NCBI GenBank assembly: GCA_951406725.2
Contig: OX597827.1
Coordinates: forward strand, 72,478,001-72,542,000
From: Octopus vulgaris
Lineage: Eukaryota
Direction: 5' to 3'
DNA: 64,000 bases
Each line of letters opens with the position of its first letter. The first letter of the stretch is position 1. Under the pieces are notes generated by a model. The model did not search any database. It saw only the letters and a program-made list of their open reading frames with translations, and was not told where the DNA came from. The translations under genes and the position numbers were made by a program. Positions 42,401 to 53,080 of this stretch are shown here, piece by piece.

Positions 42401-45400
42401 CTTATATACATTTACGAAGGGGAGACAAACACCCCCTTCGTAAATGTATATAAGGACAAAGGAAAAATGTGTCGAAGCCATCAGGAAGCATCGATGCTTC
42501 CTAGGGCTAAACAGCGGTGGTGTAACCCCCTACTGTCACGTTCACGTTAGATTGACAGTATACAACCATTCTATCGCCCCACAACTGTACATATCTTTAT
42601 GAGAGATTTAGAAATTTAATATTTCTGAAATACGTAAGCATTAATTTTGGCAGAATAATGCGAATGCTAAAGGGTTATGGCCAGATGCTATTCCTGATCC
42701 CCAACTCTTTCAGTTGTCCCTTACAACATGCAGGGAAAAAAGTCAATGAGGTAGGGATATAGAGGATATAGAAAAACAGGTCAGACTGTCATGGTGGGGA
42801 GAGCCTGTGTAGTTACCTCTTGCTTAGGCAGGGAAAACAGCCTTAAAATGCTTGTCATTTGTTGTGTTGCAGTTGTTTATGACTGTTTGTGAAACAAAGG
42901 ATATATGAAGATTTAGAAGTGCCATACCTGAGCAGTTTATGAGTGTGGAAATCCTTGGCAAGCAATGACATCTGGCTCTTGCTGTGTCGTCTTGTTAAGT
43001 AGTGTTGCCACAGGGTTAAGCTTCTCTGCTTCAAATATCTGGAATCTGTTTTAGAGCAAACATTTTAATGAAGATTTTATTACAAACAGCAGAATGGTGT
43101 GTCTCCTACAGTTGACTTGACTGCATGGAACTAACTTACAATGTTCCATAAATACACAGAACTACACAAAATTTGGCTGGATGGGTGAAGGTTCTCTTTT
43201 ATTTTTCTATCTTTCATTTGTTTCAGTCCTTAGACTGTGGCCATGCTGGGGCACCCCCTGAAGAATCTTAGTCAAATGAATCAACTCCAGTACTTATTTT
43301 TTCTTTATTAAGCCGAGTATTTATTTTATCTATCTCTTTTGCTGAACTGCTAAGTTATAAGGATGTAAACACCCCAACACTGGTTGTCAATTAATAATGG
43401 GAGATTAACACAGACACAAAGACACATACTCATATATGTGTGTGTGTGTATATATATATATATATGTAATCATCCTCATCATCGTTTAACATCCGTTTTC
43501 CATGCTAGCATGGGTTGGATGGTTTGACCAGGGTCTGGGAAGCCAGCAGGCTGCACCAGGCTCCAATCTGATCTGGCAGTATTTCTACAGCTGAATGCCC
43601 TTCCTAACGTCAACCACTCCATGAGTGTAGGGGGTGCTTTTTACGTGCCAGGGGAGGCTGGCAACGTCCACGATCGGTTGGCGCTTTTTACGTGCCACCG
43701 GCATGGAAGCCAGTCAAGGCGGCGCTGGCATCGGCCACGTATGGATGGTGCTATATATATATGCTTTGAAAATAATTAGGGTAGAAAATTTAGACAGCAT
43801 AAACATGCATTAATTTTAGCGACCTCAGTGATGAAGTAAAGATGGCAAATTAATTCATTTGAAAATTGATACAGAAACTTGAGTCTGAGGGTAAACTTCA
43901 ATGAATTTTCAACAAAACTAACTAGACCCAACCTACAGGCAATCTGTATATATATTTATATATGTATACTTATATATATATGGAAAAAAAAAGGTCAAGG
44001 TAGAAAATGCTAAAATAATTTTATCATAGAAAACATTTCAGTACCGGTTTCAGTCATTGAGACTTTTTCAACTGTAAGTATGGAAAACAATTAAATTTTG
44101 GAAGAATTAAAGAAAAGTATTTTAAAAGAATATTTGCATAGTATTCAAAAACAAGGGGCATTTTCCTTGTTTCTGCCTGTCTCTGTCTCTCCTCGAACCC
44201 ACAAGAGGGTAAACAAGGAGAGACAGAGACAGGCAGAAACAAGGAAAATGCCCCTTGTTTTTGAATACTATGCAAATATTCTTTTAAAATACTTTTCTTT
44301 AATTCTTCCAAAGTTTAATTGTTTTCCAGTTGAAAAAGTCTCAATGACTGAAACCGGTACTGAAATATTTTCTATGATAAAATTGTTTTAGCATTTTCCT
44401 ACCTTGACTTTTTTTTTCCATATATATATATATATATATATAAGTATACATATATAAATATATACAGATTGCCTGTAGGTTGGGTCTAGTTAGTTTTGTT
44501 GAAAATTCATTGATGTTTAACAGGGTTCTTACTATTAAAAATCAAAATTTGAAAATACCAAGAGGGGAAGGAGGAGGAGGGAGGTGGCAGGGGAAAGAAG
44601 GAGAAAGAAGAGGGAATAAGAAGAAAAGAAAGGTGGAAGGAGGATTGACTCCCACCTGAACTTACGATGAGAGGAGGCCAATGCCAACTTGGATCTCTTC
44701 TCTTTAGACAGTAGGACAAACTGCTTCCACCTGTGTAGGACTTTGGTGCGTCGTTGATATCTGCGAAACAATGAGTAATGTCTAAGTACAAGGAGGAGTA
44801 AAGGTGTTCAATGGATGGAATATCACCACACCACCACCATTGTTATAATTCTGTGACTTTAACATTGGTAATAATGAAGACAAATGTGAAAATTAGTAGC
44901 AGGGTAAGCAGGATTGTAACCCGCAAATACCACACAACACTAGGTACTACACTATCACACACCACACAACTGTGTAGTACTGAGTACTATATGCTACATA
45001 ACATTACCAGAGTATTACATACTACACTGTGACACAGTTCTATACCAGGGGCCTATATTCTGGGTGTGCCAGGTCTGCACTGCACACCCATCAGAAATGG
45101 CAAACTCATTATAAATATTAACCTTACTCACAGACGGTTATCTATCAGTAGAACCTTATAGAGAAATCTTACAAAGTGGGATATTGACTTCTTCCTGAGG
45201 CCTTAAGGTGGTGATGATGAGGACTGATATTTTTCTTTTATTTCTATTTCAATTTTTGTGTGTGTGTGTGTGTGGCAGGAGAGGCCTCTCAGACATTCAT
45301 ATTCCCAGTTTTCTCTTCCTTATCTCTCTGGAACCTCAGACAATTAAACTAGTTGAACACCTCAATTATACATCCTCGTCATAGGCTATTTTACTTTCTC

Positions 45401-47075
45401 TCATATTTCCATGAAAGGAATTTTATGGCTGCAATAATTCCGAGTAAATTAACATTCTGGGTTGGACCAACCGAAATTTGTCAAATGTGTTTTAAGATCA
45501 ATGTTATTCAAAATATAGTTAAACATCAACACATCATGGGATTTATAAAGCTGGATAAAGCTGAGTACTGTTGATGGTGGAGTATATATATGCTCACATA
45601 TGTATGTGTGCTATATTCTTATTTCTTTATTGCCCACAAGGGGCTAAACACAGAGGGGACAAACAAGGACAGACAAATGGATTAAGTCGATTATAACAAC
45701 CCCAGTGCATAACTGGTACTTATTTAATTGACCCCGAAAGGATGAAAGGCAAAGTCGACCTCGGCAGAATTTGAACTCAGAACGTAGCGGCAGACGAAAT
45801 ACCACTAAGCATTTCACCCGGTGTGCTAACGCTTCTACCAGCTTGCCGCCTATATGTGTGCTATATTCTGGGTGCTGCACACCCACCGAAAATGGCAAAT
45901 TCATTATGAATATTAACCTTACTCATTAATTTAATCACAAATCATAATGGAAAACTTTTGTTATACTCCTGCTTGAAATTCGGTGGCACTGAGTGTGGTA
46001 GCACACCCAATACAACCACTATTACATGCCTTTTCTAAACCATATACCATGTAATCATATTGTACTATATACTATACACTACCATGCAGCATATCCCCAT
46101 AAAGTACTATAATACCATACACTACTGCTGTGTACCACATTCCCACACACCTCATACAGTCATCGTTTTTGGCAGTGGCTCATCCCTCAAATCTGAGGAT
46201 TGATTTCTCCTCCTGGATAAATATTTGGACCGTTAATGCTGATAGCAAATGTGGCTAACGAGGCTGATCTTTGTGAAGAACACACGATTGCATTGACCTT
46301 GTGTGAATGTTGGAGTCGGGCATGATTGGTGTGGGTTGGCCTTTCAATTCTATTCAGGACAGTTGGTTACGAAAAGCCAGGGAGTTGAAGCTGGTCTGCT
46401 TCAGAATTGACTTTAGTCGATCTTAGTAGTATCGAAGAGGAGCTCCTGTCAGTTCACTGAAGAGAATTTTCACAAAGAAGCCATCATTCATCATTCATCC
46501 TGGTGACATAACCGGCCCCTTGAAGATGTTGTTTGATGACTAGGGACTCGATGCTCTGGCCATTTGCTCTTTCCATCTCAGAGTTATTGGAGACAAAGTG
46601 AATCCCCTTCATGTTCATACAGTACCACATACCAAACAACCCAAATAAATTCTTTACTTACTGCAATAGACAAATTGCCCTTATATTCATCCGCCATTCT
46701 TTTCGTTGAACCCACCAGATATCATACCATACCGAGAATGTTTTACGCAAAATACATCGACGCCAATGGGCCCTGAAAATTAAAAAAAAGGGAGAAACAT
46801 AAAACATAATAAAGCTACTGTACATACATATGTATATATATACATTTCTTTACTACCCACAAGGGGCTAAACATAGAAGGGACAAACAAGGACAGACAAA
46901 CGGATTAAGTCGATTATATTGACCCCAGTGCGAAACTGGTACTTTATTTATCGACCTCAAAAGGATGAAAGGCAAAGTCGACCTCGGCGGAATTTGAACT
47001 CAGAACGTAACGACAGACGAAATACCGCGAGGCATTTCGCCCGGCGCGCTAACGTTTCTGCCAGCTCGCCGCCCT

Positions 47076-47144
<69 letters not shown>

Positions 47145-47398
47145 CACACACACACACACACATATGCATCTTTTATCTTTTACTTATTTCAGTCATTAGA
47201 CTGTGGCCATGCTGGAGCACTAATATGAAGAGTTTTAATTGAACAAATTGACCCCAGTACTTACTTTTTTTAAGCTTGGTACTTATTCTATCAGTCTCTT
47301 TGGCCAAACCACTAAGTTACAGGGACGTAAACATACCAACACTGGTTGTCAAGCAGTGGTGTGAGACATACAGACACACACACACATATAAATACATA

Positions 47399-47442
<44 letters not shown>

Positions 47443-50400
47443 ATATCTACAACACCATAATCCATTGGCTCTTCAACATCATAGCTCCATATCACTCAGC
47501 AACTCCACAACCTCAAACGAATTCATATCATTCAACACAGCTCTACTGCACTGCAGTACCCTATTTCCATATCACCTAAGCTCCACAGTACCCTATTTCC
47601 ATATCACCTAAGCTCCACAGTACCCTATTTCCATATCACCTAAGCTCCACAGTACCCTATTTCCATATCACCTAAGCTCCACTGTACCCTATTTCCATAT
47701 CACCTAAGCTCCACTGTACCCTATTTCCATATCACCTAAGCTCCACAGTACCCTATTTCCATATCACCTAAGCTCCACAGTACCCTATTTCCATATCACC
47801 TAAGCTCCACTGTACCCTATTTCCATATCACCTAAGCTCCACAGTACCCTATTTCCATATCACCTAAGCTCCACAGTACCCTATTTCCATATCACCTAAG
47901 CTCCACAGTACCCTATTTCCATATCACCTAAGCTCCACTGTACCCTATTTCCATATCACCTAAGCTCCACTGTACCCTATTTCCATATCACTTAAGCTCC
48001 ACAGTACCCTATTTCCATATCACCTAAGCTCCACAGTACCCTATTTCCATATCACCTAAGCTCCACAGTACCCTATTTCCATATCACCTAAGCTCCACAG
48101 TACCCTATTTCCATATCACCTAAGCTCCACTGTACCCTATTTCCATATCACTTAAGCTCCACAATACCCTAACTTGACAACACCATCTCAGTTCCACAAC
48201 ACTCAACAGCTGATAATTAAAACTGTTCTGTAATGTTATAAATCACTTCAAACCTGGCAACTGCAGGGCTCACCGAACCAAACACAGCAACCATCCACTT
48301 TCTATAATACTTGCGGGCCACAGTTCTGTAAAAGAAGGAATAATATATATTCATTAGATAATAAATCACCATCTGTCATCATAATCATCATCGTTTAACG
48401 TCCGTTTTCCATGCTGACATGGGTTGGACGGTTTAACTGGGGTCTGGGAAGCCAGTGGCTGCACCAGGCTCCAATCTGATCTGGCAATGTTTCTACAGCT
48501 TTATGCCCTTCCCAATGCCAACCACTCCGAGAGTGTAGGGGGTGCTTTTCATGTGCCACTGGTATGGGAGACAGTCAGGCGGACCTGGCATTAACCATGT
48601 TTGGATGGGGCTTTTTACATGCCACCGGCATGGGAGCCAGACAGGGGAAACTGGCCACAGCTACGATATTGGGTTTACTTGACTCAACAGGTCTTCTCAA
48701 GCATATCATATCACCCGGCGCATCAGGGGTATTCTTAACAGGGCCGGACATGCATGGCTGCAATCTCACTTTAGTTGCAGGATCTGTGTATCATACTAAA
48801 TGTATATACACAGTTAGAAGACATGATGCCACTGCCTGGGATCGAACTCAGAATCTTGGAGTTAGTAGCCCGTGTTCTTAACCACTATGCCATATGCCCG
48901 TGGGCATAATTCCTCATCTCTTAAATATAGACCTGTACTTGCATGTTAATTTCACAAGCAGGCTGTTCTGTTGATTGGATCAACTGGAACACACGTCGTC
49001 GTAACCAATGGAGTACCAGGATATTGGAGTGCTACAGAGACTCGTAAGAATGATAAATGTGTTTCACTTTGTTGAATCTTGTCAGTGCTGTGCTGTTTCA
49101 ATTTCATACACCAAGTGTTTTTTTACAGCCCAGCAAGCTCTCAGTAATATCAGTGGTTGTACTATTTACTGTTTTCTTATATATCAAGGCATAAATTTCA
49201 TTTCAGCAAGTGACAAAGGAGTGCGAGGAATTGACAAACCTCAGAAAAGGCAAAACATATCTGTCATTTTCATGGGCCCTTGCAGTGAAAATTTAACCCA
49301 TCAAAACATCACAGGAGCTCTGAGAGCTTAAAATTACATCAATCCAACTAATGTTGTCCCATTAGGGATTATCAAGGATTGCTTATCTCACTTTTTATCT
49401 GCTGGAATTCAGAAGTCCTGGTGCACATGATAAGGACCATCTTAGAGCTAAACAGCAACCCATAAAATGTCTACTAGTTATATAAATGAAGGCATCTATG
49501 AGATTAATGTTGTTTAGCCCCCATTTTAGTCAGCCCTAGTTAAGCACACTTAATACCAAATGCATTCCAATCATGACCATCACAACATGTTTTCAAGCAA
49601 AAACTATCTATGGCAGTGGTTCTCAAATGGGGTCCTTATGGCCCTTGGAGGTTCATATAAGATTTTGAGGTTCAAATTTATGAGCAATAAATTGCCTATA
49701 CTTCTACAATGCACAAAATATTTTCACAATTCTTTTAAGACAATTCCTTATAATATTTAAGGAATACCCCATTATATCCCATATCGCAATAGCAGAGGGC
49801 GCACACTCTCCTACCCTGATGTAATCTCCAGGGATACAGGCACCCAGCAACAGGACCTCCGTAATGCCATGATGGACCGTGAAGTCTGGCGTAGCATGGT
49901 AAATTCCATTGTCTCGACCACGGTCGAACAATGATGATGATGATGATATTTAATAATGAAAATATAATAAAATTTTTTTAAACATCAATTGGCTACAAGG
50001 GTCCCTGAAGGAAAATGAAAATTAAAGGGGTCCATATGTGAAAAAAAAACATTTGAGAGCCACTGTATTAATTTTGAAAACGGAGATGGTTGTAACTTGA
50101 GGGGTATTTGGCTGTTATTTCTAACGGGTTGAATGACCTACGAGCGAAGGCAGTGAATTTAGTTAACTTGGGTGAAATAACAACAGGAGAGAATGTGCAG
50201 TGAGGTTCTGAACTAGATTAGATCCTGTTATGCCAAGTATTAAAACATCACACGGAACTATTGAGCTGAGTAACTGCAACAAATGAAACTCATGGAAACA
50301 AAACAATACAAAGGAGTTACCTGATCCGTATTTCCTTGAGACGACCACCCTTGTTCCATGTATATCCTGGACGGTAATTAGCAATGTTTACACGAGAAGT

Positions 50401-53045
50401 CTTTGAGGAAGGTCTTGGCTGACATGCTCTTGACGTGTGGGCCTTGGTTCTGCAATGAACAACATGGATACTTTCTGCTTCAAGGTGGTTATTTGTTATA
50501 TTTCTGACACTTAAACATGACATTTATAAATGTATAATGTAACATGGTAATGATATCACGTGACCGACCAGACCATCAGATGTTGTTACACATCGCTGGT
50601 TACAATGCACTTCGCATTGTTTTAGCCTTTGAATGATGCTACCCCACTGGCTAAGCGAGCAGGCCAACAGAAGAAATGGTGGTGAAAGAGTACAGCAGGG
50701 ATCACCACCCCCTGCCGGAGCCTCATGGAGCTTTTTTAGGTGTTTTCGCTCAATAAACACTCACAACGCCCGGCCTGGGAATCGAAACCGCAATCCTACG
50801 ACCGCGAGTCCGCTGCCCTAACCACTGGGCCATTGCGCCTCCACGTTAATGATATATATTACAATATTATTATAATAATATATTACATTACATAAATATG
50901 TCGTTAGTATTAACTTGTATCTGAGTAGTAGATCTGTAATTAGCCTCTTCATCCTGAAGAGTATGAAGGGTGCCGGTACCTGAAGTAGCTGGTTAGGCCA
51001 AGGGTGGTGTTGGGGTGGCATTTATTGCAGGGAAGAGTAAGTGAGGGATGAGGAAATGTGAGTCACTCTTTGAGTTTTCAATGTCTGAGTCCAGCCTCTT
51101 CAATATTTATGATAATCGAATAAGACCACAACAGTAAGTTCAAATCTTCAGACATTTCTTATAACGGGGTATCATGATTCACCAACACTATCCAAGTGAC
51201 ACACCATAAAAAAAACCCCCCAAAAAACTGTCCTGTACATTGGAACTGGTTGTCACCATAACTCTATAGTATTTAAACTGACCGTATCCAGCTCAAATAT
51301 TTTTCCTGTTTTATGGTCAAACTAGCTAGATCTGACCTCTCACACCTATCCTACAATGTCACTCTCAAAATACACAGTCACATCATTGAAATAACAAAGC
51401 TACAAGATGCATGATTAATTCAAAACAACATGAATAAATAAGCATTACATTTGACAAAAGAATCTGAATGCTAAAAGGTTAAACCAGGCAATGATCAACC
51501 ATTTTGAGAAGCAGGCTGCAATGATGCATGGTTTGTCACAGGGGTGGACTAAGCTGTCGGTCAAACAGGCACTGCCTGAGGGGCCCACACTTTACATGTT
51601 AACTCTACTAAAACACACATTCAAAGGGGCCCGGTAAACAGTTATGCCCGTTAGCACGCTGGGCGAAATGCTTAGCGGTATTTTGTCTGCGTTACGTTGT
51701 GAGTTCAAATTCCGCCCAGGTCGACTTTGCCTTTCATCCTTTCGGGGTCGATAAATTAAGTACCAGTTACACACTGGGGTTGATGTAATCGACTTAATAC
51801 CTATGTCTGTCCTTGTTTGTCCGCTCTGTGTTTAGCCCCTTGTGGATAGTAAAGAAATAAGTTATGCCCGAGGGCCCTTAATACTCTCAGTCAACCCCTG
51901 ATTTGTCATTTAGCAAACCATTCTAATAAAAAGATTCATGGCAATTTTTTGTTAGTCCTGCAGGTTGTAAGTTATCCATGACTGCCTTGAATATTCCTAA
52001 TCACAAGCAAACATGCAAAAAGGAATTACAATGCCATAATTACATTAAGATAATGATATCCAAGACTGTGATATCAAGATCTCGTTAAGACTGGTTACAA
52101 GCCTGTCTGGGCTGGGGCCATTACTCAGCTGTGTTTCAGGCCTAATCATCTGTGACCAAAAGAAACTCCCCATGGTGACATTCAAATATGGTCTCTATGT
52201 AGAATTCACTTTTCCCAATAGGATTTTTAGAGGACTTCTTCATTGAATGCATCCTTCTACCTGTTTTCAAAGAGATTTAGCTGCTCTGTCAGTCAAGTTG
52301 AATAACCAGAGGCTCCTTCATCAGGTCTAGACCGAGTAGTCCAGTTTCCCCCACCTTTAAAACTTAAGATTTTATTTGCTATAAAAATGAACACTAAGGT
52401 TTAGGGTTGCTGTTTGGGTTGCCAAAGATCCAGGCTGAGGAGCAATATTTGTCATAAATAAGGTGAAGACATTTAATTTAAGACATTTAATTTAATAGTT
52501 TGATCTCTGAGCACCAGCTTAGACTGTTCGGTCATGTTACTTGATTTTCTGAGTTGGATCCTGTGCACCATGTTCTTCTCCTTTGAGGATCCTTATGTTG
52601 GTCAGCCACATGTCTCATGGTCATGGTGGACGAGGAAGTATTTTGTGGCGATGGGAACTGATTGAGACACTGCTCAGAGGGTTGCCTGAGATGACCTGAG
52701 CTGATACTGACAATGGTGGTTGCAGCGATGCATTGTAATAACACATACCACTGCACCTGACCTGGTCTGACATTTCTCAACACAACTAAATATTCTGGGG
52801 AGATCTTAGAGATTACATTACCAAACTGAACATGAACATGGCTGTTTAGCAAAGACATTTGCTTTGTAACTATATAGGCGCAGGAGCGACTGTGTGGTAA
52901 GTAGCTTGCTTACCAAACACATGGTTCTGGGTTCAGTCCCACCGCCTTGCACCTTGGACAATTGTCTTCTACTATAGCCTCTGGTCAACCAAAGCCTTGA
53001 GTGGATTTGGTAGACGGAAACTGAAAGAAGACCGTCGTATATATG

Positions 53046-53080
<35 letters not shown>

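Noticed and set aside
44054-44391. Twin ORFs on opposite strands with near-identical translation
   Set aside because: Trivial consequence of the palindrome.
47554-48171. CRISPR-like array of ~32-bp repeats
   Set aside because: Units are contiguous with no unique spacers, no cas genes, eukaryotic intron.
52532-52858. 108-aa ORF in SFI1 intron 1 as an extra exon or gene
   Set aside because: No recognisable homology and not needed for phase continuity; cannot be excluded without RNA data.
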